Part shown: in pieces, positions 37,550 through 46,017 of the stretch | Layout: every line of letters starts with the position of its first letter | How positions within the stretch are numbered: position 1 is the first letter of the stretch | Origin: Candidatus Zambryskibacteria bacterium RIFCSPHIGHO2_02_FULL_43_14 | GTDB taxonomy: Bacteria; Patescibacteriota; Minisyncoccia; Phycocordibacterales; Zambryskibacteraceae | Reading direction: 5' to 3' | DNA: 46,290 nt | NCBI GenBank assembly: GCA_001825315.1 | Contig: MHVR01000015.1 | Coordinates: 1 to 46,290 of the forward strand | Notes under the pieces: generated by a model | Seen by the model: the letters and a program-made list of their open reading frames with translations, nothing else | What the model was told of the DNA's origin: nothing | The model's database searches: none | Translations under genes and position numbers: made by a program

Positions 37550-38275
37550 TTAGTTTATTGTTTGCGATGAGGTAGTCGAAGTCGGAGTGACAATTGGAAC
37601 ATCGCTACGTTTAATCTCTTTACTGTATGATAATAAACTCGGGTCTATTCTTGTTTTGAAAGAAAAATCAACATCCCCTCTTTCGTTAAGGTTAAGATCG
37701 GAGAAAATGGGATCTTTAAAATACTCACTCTTACTAAAAATGTCTGCTTGAAGAGCAAGCGCCGCATATCCTCGAGCCTCGCCTCTCATCGAAAGCTCAA
37801 TACCTTGCTCGGTCGTTGAATAACGAAAATCGTTGAAACGCACTGCCTTTGGGGTGGAAATTTCCAAAAATTCAAACAAATGAGAGAGAACATGATGTTT
37901 TGCAATCAGTTCTCGCGTTGAGATAATACGATTGTCAAAACGGATTAATTCACGGACAATCTCTGGTTCTGGCACGATAGTTGTCAGAGCTTTTTCTAAG
38001 TCAGCGCCCATGGTCTCGATTCGGTACTTGAGATAAAACTTATACCCGACCATTCCTATAGCCAAGAGAATTGAGATGATAAAAATAATGAGAGCTAGGA
38101 AAGAGAGGAGCCCCCTATCTTCGACTCTTCGTCCAACCACAGCACCAGTAGCAGTGAAGGCGGTAGGATTTTTGGGAATAAAAGATGATTGAAATTTAGG
38201 ATCCATCCTTACAATTGTATAACGAAAAGTGCTCGCATGCCATATGTGGACAATACGAGCACTTGAGAAAGACAT
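37550..38275 (-). CDS. pilN: PilN-like bitopic pilus assembly protein
   Basis: 241 aa. An alternative ATG at 38206 gives MDPKFQSSFIPKNP. It has a single central TM segment (LLSFLALIIFIISILLAIGMVGY). Confidence 0.6.
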   Translation of the reverse strand: MSFSSARIVHIWHASTFRYTIVRMDPKFQSSFIPKNPTAFTATGAVVGRRVEDRGLLSFLALIIFIISILLAIGMVGYKFYLKYRIETMGADLEKALTTIVPEPEIVRELIRFDNRIISTRELIAKHHVLSHLFEFLEISTPKAVRFNDFRYSTTEQGIELSMRGEARGYAALALQADIFSKSEYFKDPIFSDLNLNERGDVDFSFKTRIDPSLLSYSKEIKRSDVPIVTPTSTTSSQTIN

Positions 38276-38281
38276 ATTGCG

Positions 38282-38515
38282 TCATGATGCCGTCTCCAAC
38301 TGCTTTTTCTGTTCTAAGAGATTCTCAGCTCTCTTGATCCGGTAATCGAGAGCCGATACGAGAGATGGGTTACACTTCGAAGAAGCCTTGAGCCCCTCAA
38401 GAAAATGGTAACCGGTGTCGATGAGTTTCTCAAACTCGGCGATTGGAGCAGAAAGATTGAGCTTGAGTAGGGCTTCAGCACACTCCGCAAGCTCCATTTT
38501 GGGACTGATCTTCAT
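38282..38515 (-). CDS. small helical protein of unknown function, inserted between pilM and the pilN-like gene
   Basis: 77 aa with no TM segment. It is preceded by the 9-bp inverted repeat aatggaatt-cta-aattccatt. Confidence 0.45.
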   Translation of the reverse strand: MKISPKMELAECAEALLKLNLSAPIAEFEKLIDTGYHFLEGLKASSKCNPSLVSALDYRIKRAENLLEQKKQLETAS

Positions 38516-38567
38516 GCCGCACCTACTTCCTTTTCCTTAATGGAATTCTAATTCCATTGTAGCACTT

Positions 38568-39713
38568 TTACTCCTCTTCCGCCAACTTACGCAGAGCAAG
38601 ACCGATGGCAACGGCAAATTCAGGACCAGTTTCTCTCAAGATATTTACGAGAAAAGCTGGAGCGGAAAGCTTGCTGAAAGGGTCAGCTGAAAATACTTCC
38701 GCTTTGAAATTATTTTTAGCCAGTTCCGAGAAACCCTTAAGAGCAGAGCCGCCTCCGACTAGAATAATCTTCGCAATCGTTTTGTTATGCTTCTTTTCGA
38801 AAGCAAGCAAAGCATTACTAATCTCAGCAAAGATGTAATCTAGGACAAGCACGATAATGTCGGTCAGATTCTTGTCCGATCCCAGGGCACCTTTTTCCCG
38901 TTTGATGATTTCTGCTTGTTCGAGAGTTAATCCAAGAGACTTAGAAATAGTAGAAGTAATATCCTGTGAACCACGATTGATGGTATGAGAGGAGCGAACG
39001 ATGCCGCGCTCTACAACATAGAGTTTGGTTGAGGCCGCTCCCATATCTATAATCATCACTGGACGGAGCGTCTCATCAAGCACCGCGCGCATGGTACTGA
39101 ATATCTCTATTTCAAAAAAGCTCGCTTCCAAACCGCCTTTAGTTGCAATCTCTTGGTATCGAGCGATGGTTTCTTGATGTATGGCTACGATCAATACGTC
39201 GATTTTAGCAAGCGCAGGATGGACGCTAGCTCCTGTATTGAATGAAGAATCTGTTTCCGCAGTAGAAAATTCTTGAGAGTCCTCTGGTCGTACTTCGTTT
39301 TTCGGGATAATAGACCAGTCGAGCATAACCTCGGAAATAGGCACTGGAATGTATCTGCGTGCCTCAAGTGGTACCATGACTGAAAGTTGTTTGGCACTAA
39401 CCTCCGGCATCTCGATCACCGACATTAAAGATGAGGCAAATGGAATAGAAATACCGCATTTCTTAGTGGTAATATTAACCTCCTTCTCTTTCATAAGATC
39501 CACCAAAGCTTGAGCAATTTTGTCGGGTGGAAGCACCACCGCCTGACCGACACCAAGACCGGCGTAGGGACCTAGGGCAAGTTCGCCGTACGTTTCAAGC
39601 ACAGCTTGACCATTTTTCTTTTTTATCTGTACTATCTTGATAGCCGAAGATCCTATATCAACACCCAACGTTGCGGATTCGCCTCGACTGGTAAATTTAG
39701 AAAAAAATGCCAT
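38568..39713 (-). CDS. pilM: type IV pilus assembly ATPase-fold protein PilM
   Basis: 381 aa. It has the actin-like phosphate-1 motif LGVDIGSSAIKIV and IIDMGAASTKLYV. Confidence 0.85.
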   Translation of the reverse strand: MAFFSKFTSRGESATLGVDIGSSAIKIVQIKKKNGQAVLETYGELALGPYAGLGVGQAVVLPPDKIAQALVDLMKEKEVNITTKKCGISIPFASSLMSVIEMPEVSAKQLSVMVPLEARRYIPVPISEVMLDWSIIPKNEVRPEDSQEFSTAETDSSFNTGASVHPALAKIDVLIVAIHQETIARYQEIATKGGLEASFFEIEIFSTMRAVLDETLRPVMIIDMGAASTKLYVVERGIVRSSHTINRGSQDITSTISKSLGLTLEQAEIIKREKGALGSDKNLTDIIVLVLDYIFAEISNALLAFEKKHNKTIAKIILVGGGSALKGFSELAKNNFKAEVFSADPFSKLSAPAFLVNILRETGPEFAVAIGLALRKLAEEE

Positions 39714-39739
39714 ACGCTTTATAATATCATAAACCCTTT

Positions 39740-40441
39740 ATGTATTTTTTATCTCGTATTGTAGATTTATGTATCGACTTTCTCTTCCCTAAAAGTCGAA
39801 AGGTGTTGGAACTTGAAGCACTTTCTATCGATACTATTATAAAGACTTTGCCTCCCGCCAACTTCGCCAGATCAAAGGATAGCTTCGTCGAGTCGAAGGC
39901 CGAATGCCAGAAAAATAAGGATATCATAGCTCTTTTCGACTATAGCCATCCCGTGGTCAAGGAGATTGTCTGGAAACTTAAATATAATGGCAATGCAAGA
40001 ATTGCTGACAAACTTGGAGAAATTCTCTATGACCATATACAACAGGAATTCCTCGACCTTGCTCTTTTTGAAAAATGGGGCAGACCTATATTAATACCCA
40101 TACCCATTTCAGATAAACGTCGATTCGAGCGGGGATGGAATCAGTCCGAACTTCTCTGTGAGCAAATCATGGCACACGACAATGAAAAAACTTTCAGATA
40201 CCTGCCGAGACGGTTGGTCAAACTGTACCACACCGAAAGCCAGACTAAGACTTCATCAAGAAGTGAGCGTTTAAAAAACATCAAAAATTCAATGAAAGTC
40301 CTGAATGCGCCAGCGATTATCGGAGAGTGTATTGTCGTTCTGGATGATGTCACTACTACTGGCTCAACCTTCGTTGAAGCAAAGCGCGTCCTGCGCGCGG
40401 CCGGCGCAAAAAAAATTCTATGCGTTGCTGTTGCCCATTAG
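39740..40441 (+). CDS. comF: ComF family protein (phosphoribosyltransferase domain)
   Basis: 233 aa with the PRT motif CIVVLDDVTTTGSTF. It is divergent from pilM, with only 26 nt between the two start codons. Confidence 0.8.
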   Translation: MYFLSRIVDLCIDFLFPKSRKVLELEALSIDTIIKTLPPANFARSKDSFVESKAECQKNKDIIALFDYSHPVVKEIVWKLKYNGNARIADKLGEILYDHIQQEFLDLALFEKWGRPILIPIPISDKRRFERGWNQSELLCEQIMAHDNEKTFRYLPRRLVKLYHTESQTKTSSRSERLKNIKNSMKVLNAPAIIGECIVVLDDVTTTGSTFVEAKRVLRAAGAKKILCVAVAH

Positions 40442-40446
40442 TTAGA

Positions 40447-40851
40447 TTACCTCGTCCTAAGGAGAGTGTTGACTAACACAATACCCATAATATCGTAATC
40501 GGACCATTCAGATATCGAGATTTTATCTTTCGATTCGAGAGTGCCAGTCACAGCAATGGTGTCTTCCGCCTTAAGATCGGTGTTGGCATCCTGAATTCGA
40601 CTGATATCAAGAGCAAAATAGAAACCATCACGGCTTTTGACACCTAAAGTGCATTCTCCAGAAACTTCGACTCCTGTTTTGAGAGGCAGACAACTGAAAC
40701 TGCCGGTGATGGTGACCATACCATCGATCTCCTCGTTTACTATCTTATCCCAACCTTTGAATAGGAGAAATCCAAAGATGACAAGACCGGCGAGTACTAC
40801 TAGCCAGATGGCATTTTTACGAAAGAAGCTTTCATTCTCAAAATCATCCAT
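40447..40851 (-). CDS. N-terminally anchored protein of unknown function
   Basis: 134 aa with a TM segment (AIWLVVLAGLVIFGFLLF). Confidence 0.6.
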   Translation of the reverse strand: MDDFENESFFRKNAIWLVVLAGLVIFGFLLFKGWDKIVNEEIDGMVTITGSFSCLPLKTGVEVSGECTLGVKSRDGFYFALDISRIQDANTDLKAEDTIAVTGTLESKDKISISEWSDYDIMGIVLVNTLLRTR

Positions 40852-41013
40852 ATATCGAGATTATATCAATATTCTGCTTTTTGGCAATGCCGAAAGAATC
40901 ATGGTGGAGTAGCCATGAAAAACCTGCTAGAGTAAACAAACTGGAGACGTGGCTACTCGCCCCGCCAAAGGCGGCGGAGTGGTCGTTTAAGATCAGAATG
41001 TAAAACCCGGTGC

Positions 41014-41100
41014 GGAGGGTTGGCTGAGTGGTCGAAAGCGCCTCACTGCTAACGAGGTAGGGTTTAAAAGCTCTCATGGGTTCGAATCCCATACCCTCCG
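41014..41100 (+). tRNA. tRNA-Ser (anticodon GCT), long variable arm
   Basis: Acceptor GGAGGGT/ACCCTCC, anticodon loop CTGCTAA, a long variable arm, T arm ATGGG-TTCGAAT-CCCAT, discriminator G. Confidence 0.85.
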
Positions 41101-41327
41101 CACCGGGTTTTACCAAAACATAAGTACAAATCCTTTGAATTTGAAAAGTATCTGAAATCTGGCTCTGGTCGTGCGTTTATTAAGAAGCATTTAATCTAGC
41201 CAATTCGTGATAGGTCGTTCAGACTCTGGCAAGTCTTCAGACTCGAAGAGTTATCGCGCACGAGATGTGTCAATAAAATACTTTTTTATATATGCATAGA
41301 TACGACTTGTTGTATTAGCGATATAAT

Positions 41328-42593
41328 TTGGTTGTGAGAATTCTTGTTATTGGAAGTGGCGGTAGAGAACATGTTTTAACTTGGAAACTAAGTAAATCTC
41401 CAAAGGTTACAAATATCTTTGTTGCTCCAGGCAATGCAGGAACATCATTTATAGCTACCAATCTATCATTGTTTTCTACTCAAGAAATCATTAATTGGGT
41501 TAAAGAGAATTCTGTAGATTTAGTAGTAGTTGGTCCTGACAATTATCTCGCCGAGGGAATAGTGGATATGCTCCAAGAACTCAATGTTCCCGTCTTTGGT
41601 CCCACCAAGGCAGCCGCAGAAATAGAATGGTCGAAAGCATTCGCCAAGAAATTTATGAAAAAAGAAGGTGTCCCTACGGCACGATATGAACTTTTTACTG
41701 ATTTAGACAAGGCAAGAGAGTACGTAAGAACAGAACCATTTCCAATAGTTATAAAAGCTAGTGGACTAGCTTTAGGTAAGGGTGTAATCATCACAAATAA
41801 CCTTAAGGAAGCAGAATTGTGTCTAGACGAGATTATGAGGGATAAAATTTTTGGCGAAGCTGGAAATGAAGTGATTATTGAAGAATATTTAAACGGTATA
41901 GAAATCTCTGCGCACGCTTTTTGTGATGGCGACAAAACAATTATGTTTCCCTCCTCGCAAGATCATAAGAGAATTTTTGAAAATGATGAGGGTCCAAACA
42001 CTGGAGGAATGGGAACTATCGCTCTTGTACCAGGAATTACTAATGAACAACTAGAGGAGATAAAAGAAAAAATCATTCTACCTACGCTTCAAGGTTTGAA
42101 AAAACTCGGCAGACCTTTTAAAGGCGTTTTATTCCCAGGAATTATGCTCACTGAAAATGGTCCTAAAGTGATTGAGTTTAATGCTCGATTCGGTGATCCT
42201 GAAACTCAGTCATACATGAGGATACTAGAAACAGACTTGGTTGATATTTTGTTTGCTTGTATTGAAGGAACTCTCGATAAACAAAAAGTGAATTGGTCTG
42301 ATAAGTCTGCCTGCTGTATAGTCTTAGCTTCTGGTGGATATCCTGGGATTTATGAAAAGGGGGAAAAAATAACTGGATTAGAAAATATGAATAGCGAGGA
42401 TGTAGAGATCTTCCATGCCGGAACAAAAATAGAAGAAGCAGCTACTGTAACAAGTGGAGGTAGAGTTCTTGGTATAACTGCTACAAGTACTTCCATTCAG
42501 GGAGCTTTGGCTAAAGCGTATAAAGCTATTGAATCAATAGAATTTGAGGGTGTGCAATTTAGAAAGGATATTGGTCAGAAATCAATTAAATAA
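41328..42593 (+). CDS. purD: phosphoribosylamine-glycine ligase
   Basis: 421 aa. It has ILVIGSGGREHVL and an ATP-grasp core (VIKASGLALGKGV, EFNARFGDPE). The ORF-track start is a TTG at 41328. A GTG at 41334 (MRILVIGSGG) looks more typical. Confidence 0.9.
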   Translation: MVVRILVIGSGGREHVLTWKLSKSPKVTNIFVAPGNAGTSFIATNLSLFSTQEIINWVKENSVDLVVVGPDNYLAEGIVDMLQELNVPVFGPTKAAAEIEWSKAFAKKFMKKEGVPTARYELFTDLDKAREYVRTEPFPIVIKASGLALGKGVIITNNLKEAELCLDEIMRDKIFGEAGNEVIIEEYLNGIEISAHAFCDGDKTIMFPSSQDHKRIFENDEGPNTGGMGTIALVPGITNEQLEEIKEKIILPTLQGLKKLGRPFKGVLFPGIMLTENGPKVIEFNARFGDPETQSYMRILETDLVDILFACIEGTLDKQKVNWSDKSACCIVLASGGYPGIYEKGEKITGLENMNSEDVEIFHAGTKIEEAATVTSGGRVLGITATSTSIQGALAKAYKAIESIEFEGVQFRKDIGQKSIK

Positions 42594-42703
42594 TGGTGCC
42601 CGAGACGCGTTGTGAGAATAGTGTAAAATAGCAGTGGTGTTTTTCTTTGCTTGCAAATAATCTTGGTTCCAGTAAATTACTCCTAGAACTGAAGGGAGAT
42701 CCA

Positions 42704-42937
42704 ATGACTAGCGACGATTACCGTCAGCTTCTCGCCACCAAGAAATGCCCGAAGTGTGGAACGCAGTTCAATTCAGAAGATATGGGTATGTATGGTGGTG
42801 CCTACGGATGGCAGATCGACGATTCATCTTTCCGCTATACCTTGTGGGCACACTGCCGAGGCTGCAAGTCGCAGCTTACTTTCAAGGAGCTGGGTATCGA
42901 GCAGGCTCCGCCCGCTCTATCTCAACACGTTCACTAA
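42704..42937 (+). CDS. small zinc-ribbon protein (CxxC...CxxC), orphan
   Basis: The ATG at 42704 lies 5 nt after AAGGGAG. The protein is MTSDDYRQLLATKKCPKCGTQF...HCRGCKSQL. The region is GC-rich (about 52-57% in two 60-nt windows I counted). Confidence 0.55.
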   Translation: MTSDDYRQLLATKKCPKCGTQFNSEDMGMYGGAYGWQIDDSSFRYTLWAHCRGCKSQLTFKELGIEQAPPALSQHVH

Positions 42938-42949
42938 CTCAAGGAGAAT

Positions 42950-43147
42950 ATGATGGATTGCGAATATCTCTTGGTTTATGGTGAAGGTCTTTTGCGAGAA
43001 GATCAGAACCACATCCAGTTCCACGCCACCACACCAGAGGGTGCTGAGAAGAACGCGGAGACAATCATCAGTGTTATACGCAAGCAGGCCCAACGTCCTC
43101 AAATGTTCAGCGCCACTCTCTACCGACAAGTAAAAGAGTGGCGATGA
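42950..43147 (+). CDS. small orphan protein, co-oriented with the zinc-ribbon ORF
   Basis: 65 aa with AAGGAGA at 42941-42947 just upstream. It is followed by a GC-rich hairpin and a T-rich tract (about 43150-43200). Confidence 0.5.
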   Translation: MMDCEYLLVYGEGLLREDQNHIQFHATTPEGAEKNAETIISVIRKQAQRPQMFSATLYRQVKEWR

Positions 43148-43403
43148 CCCGCCGCCCGCCAACGAGACCGTCATGTCTCACAGGCAGGGCGGTTTCTATT
43201 TTTACGTAAGAACTGTCTCATTTGTCTCATTTTTAAAAACTAGACCCCGACCCGCTTGTCCGCCATAGCTTTCTTTGACTCGCCGTAGTCTTGTACGGAG
43301 GCGGTAGCAACGGTGGAAGTACCCCAAACCGCCTAGTCTAAAGATGCTAAAATACCCTTACATGGCTTATGCCAACGGGCACTCAACCCGACATCAACGC
43401 TGA

Positions 43404-45584
43404 ATGAAACTTGAAGATAAACTCACGGAAGTGTTTCGCATCTTGCCGGCGCAGGCAAGTGCGCTCAAGAAACTCGGGATTATAAGTATCAAGGATTTGC
43501 TCTATCACTTCCCTACGCGCTATGGCGACAGTGCGCAAGTGACAAGTATTAACAATCTGCATAAGGGCGACACATCCGTAATCTTCGGACGCATCTCCGG
43601 ACTTAAAATGAGTAAGGCGTTCCACAAAAAAATTCCCATGGCCGAGGGTGTGATCGAGGATGATACCGGCAAGATAAAAATAGTCTGGTTCCATCAGGCA
43701 TATCTTGCCAAGATGATAACTGAAGACTCAAATGTCCGAGTCGAAGGAAAAGTTTCAGAAAGAAATAACCGGCTCTACCTATCCAATCCCAAAATAGAAA
43801 AAGCTCCCGATTTATTTACCCAGACAAATACACACTCGTTATACCCAATTTATCCCGAAACGCGCGGCCTCACCTCCAACTGGATTTATCACAAAATTCA
43901 AAATATTTTTATGTCAAGGGGCACCCTTGACACTCTGATTGACCCAATTCCAGAAAATATTTTAAAAACATACAATCTTCCCAATCTTCGCACTTCACTC
44001 ATCTACATCCACACTCCGCAGAAAGAAATTCATGCCAAAGCAGCGCGCAAGCGTTTCGCGTTCGAAGAAATTTTCTTTATCCAACTTGAGAGACAGAAAT
44101 CCAGACATGAATTTAAAGAACAAAATGCATTTGTGATAGAAAAGAACATGAACGATATGGAGAAACTCATAAAACACTTTCCATTCAAAGCCACAAACGC
44201 ACAGAATAGGTCCATTCAACACATTCTCGACGACTTTCATCGTGGACATCCTATGTCGCGACTTTTAGAAGGAGATGTCGGTTCTGGTAAGACGGCTGTG
44301 GCCGCGGCGGCAGTCTATGCGATAGCGACATCAAAGCCCTTCGACTTCGCTCAGGGCCGTTTGCAAACTTTTGGAAGTTTGCAAACGGCCTACATGGCGC
44401 CGACTGAAATTCTCGCCCAACAACACTTCGAATCTTTCATAAAATATTTTTCGCATCTACCCATCAATATAGCTTTAATTACTGGTAGTGGTTGCCGTAA
44501 ATTCCCATCCAAAATTAACCCCGATGGATGGACAAATATTTCCCGTGCTCAACTGCTCAAATGGGTCGCCTCTGGCGAGATTGCCGTTCTTATCGGAACT
44601 CACGCCCTGATAGAGAAGGGTGTTAAATTTAAACACTTGGCGTTGGCCATTGTAGACGAACAGCACCGCTTCGGCACGGCCCAAAGGCAGAAACTTGTCA
44701 ATAAACATGAGATTACTCCACATCTATTGTCAATGACTGCTACACCTATACCCCGCACTCTTGCCTTAACGCTTTACGGCGATCTCGATTTGTCGCTCCT
44801 CGACGAGATGCCCATCGGCCGGAAAAAAATTATGACCGAAATCATCACTCCAGAAAAGAGAGGCGAGGCGTATGAAAAAATCAGAGAAGAACTCAAAGCC
44901 GGCCGGCAACTTTATGTCATCTGTCCACGTATAGATGAACCGGATCCAACCAAAGAACTTGCCGTATTGACAAAATCGGTAAAAGAAGAAGCAAGACGGC
45001 TCAAAAAAGAAATTTTTCCAGAATATGAGATTGAGATTTTGCATAGCAAAATGAGACCGGCAGAGAAAGAAAAAATTATGCTTGATTTCTCCGCCAAAGG
45101 CGGATCCGCCTCTGGCGGAAAAAATAAGATTGATATCTTGGTAGCCACATCAGTAGTGGAGGTGGGCGTCAACGTCGAAAATGCTTCGCTCATAGTTATT
45201 GAAGGCGCGGAACGCTTCGGCCTTGCCCAGCTTCACCAACTGCGAGGCCGTGTGCTTCGAGGCACACACCAGTCTTACTGTTTCATTTTCGCCGACACGA
45301 GATCGCCAAAAACGATTGAACGTCTAGAAGCACTCAAAACCGCGAAAAACGGCTTCGAACTGGCCGAATTCGATCTCGCCCAGCGCGGTGCTGGAGAACT
45401 TCGCGGTATCAAACAATGGGGTATCTCCGATCTCGGCATGGAAGCCATCAAGAATATTAAGATGGTCGAAGCCGCGCGCATAGAGGCAACCAAACTTATA
45501 AAAGCTGACCCTACGCTCTCAAAATTTCCATTGCTTAAAGAGCGGCTCAATTCTTCAGCCTCCACCAAAATTCATTTTGAATAA
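43404..45584 (+). CDS. recG: ATP-dependent DNA helicase RecG
   Basis: 726 aa. It has a wedge/OB N-terminal domain, motif I GDVGSGKT, MAPTEILAQQH, DEQHRFG, SMTATPIPRTL, and LVATSVVEVGVNVENAS...QLHQLRGRV. Confidence 0.92.
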   Translation: MKLEDKLTEVFRILPAQASALKKLGIISIKDLLYHFPTRYGDSAQVTSINNLHKGDTSVIFGRISGLKMSKAFHKKIPMAEGVIEDDTGKIKIVWFHQAYLAKMITEDSNVRVEGKVSERNNRLYLSNPKIEKAPDLFTQTNTHSLYPIYPETRGLTSNWIYHKIQNIFMSRGTLDTLIDPIPENILKTYNLPNLRTSLIYIHTPQKEIHAKAARKRFAFEEIFFIQLERQKSRHEFKEQNAFVIEKNMNDMEKLIKHFPFKATNAQNRSIQHILDDFHRGHPMSRLLEGDVGSGKTAVAAAAVYAIATSKPFDFAQGRLQTFGSLQTAYMAPTEILAQQHFESFIKYFSHLPINIALITGSGCRKFPSKINPDGWTNISRAQLLKWVASGEIAVLIGTHALIEKGVKFKHLALAIVDEQHRFGTAQRQKLVNKHEITPHLLSMTATPIPRTLALTLYGDLDLSLLDEMPIGRKKIMTEIITPEKRGEAYEKIREELKAGRQLYVICPRIDEPDPTKELAVLTKSVKEEARRLKKEIFPEYEIEILHSKMRPAEKEKIMLDFSAKGGSASGGKNKIDILVATSVVEVGVNVENASLIVIEGAERFGLAQLHQLRGRVLRGTHQSYCFIFADTRSPKTIERLEALKTAKNGFELAEFDLAQRGAGELRGIKQWGISDLGMEAIKNIKMVEAARIEATKLIKADPTLSKFPLLKERLNSSASTKIHFE

Positions 45585-45614
45585 TCTGCCTATTATTACA
45601 ACACATAATAAATA

Positions 45615-45643
45615 TTGACAAGCCACATATCAAGGCATACAGT
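45615..45643 (+). promoter_or_regulatory. sigma-70-like promoter (TTGACA, 17-nt spacer, TACAGT)
   Basis: ttgaca is at 45615-45620 and tacagt at 38-43 (45638-45643), separated by a 17-nt spacer. It lies about 50 nt upstream of the SD and ATG of ORF 45695. Confidence 0.5.
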
Positions 45644-45694
45644 TGAGCTAGATTAGCAGAGATAACCCTTATACAAATAGAAAGGAGGAAGAGG

Positions 45695-45952
45695 ATGGGG
45701 ATTTATTGGGGATCATCAGACGCCCACTACTACAATGTCGAAACAAGGCTTGCAGACATGCGAGACATACTCGACGCGCTGACTCGCGCTGTCCCCGCAG
45801 AAGAGGAGCAACGGACACTCCGCGCTGCATGGCTTATCGCCGACCAGGTGGAGCGGGCGGCGCTCTCGTTGTCTGAAGCTCTCAGCAAACGCCTCGGAGA
45901 ACTCCTGGCGGATCAACGCGATGGACCCTCCCCCTCTCCGCGTGTGAGATGA
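45695..45952 (+). CDS. small A/R/L/E-rich orphan protein in a high-GC cassette
   Basis: 85 aa. AAAGGAGG is at 45681-45688, 6 nt before the ATG. One 60-nt window I counted is about 65% GC. The antisense frame is also open, as expected for GC-rich DNA. Confidence 0.5.
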   Translation: MGIYWGSSDAHYYNVETRLADMRDILDALTRAVPAEEEQRTLRAAWLIADQVERAALSLSEALSKRLGELLADQRDGPSPSPRVR

Positions 45953-45990
45953 GGGATCGATCACCCACTGGTCAGAGGTATGGCTTGACA

Positions 45991-46017
45991 AGCGGCGCCG
46001 GAAAAATCGGCGCCGCT
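45991..46017 (+). terminator. GC-rich hairpin after ORF 45695..45952
   Basis: agcggcgccg-gaaaaat-cggcgccgct forms a 10-bp perfect stem. It is followed by ttcttaatt, a weak T tract. Confidence 0.55.

Noticed and set aside
41101-41327. A possible riboswitch (purine, ZTP or PRPP) in the 227-nt leader of purD. The region has long-range complementarity (tcgtgcg / cgcacga) and an agact/agtct hairpin.
   Set aside because: I cannot find the conserved cores of the purine, ZTP (pfl) or ykkC-type riboswitches by eye, so the pairing alone is insufficient. A covariance-model scan would settle it.
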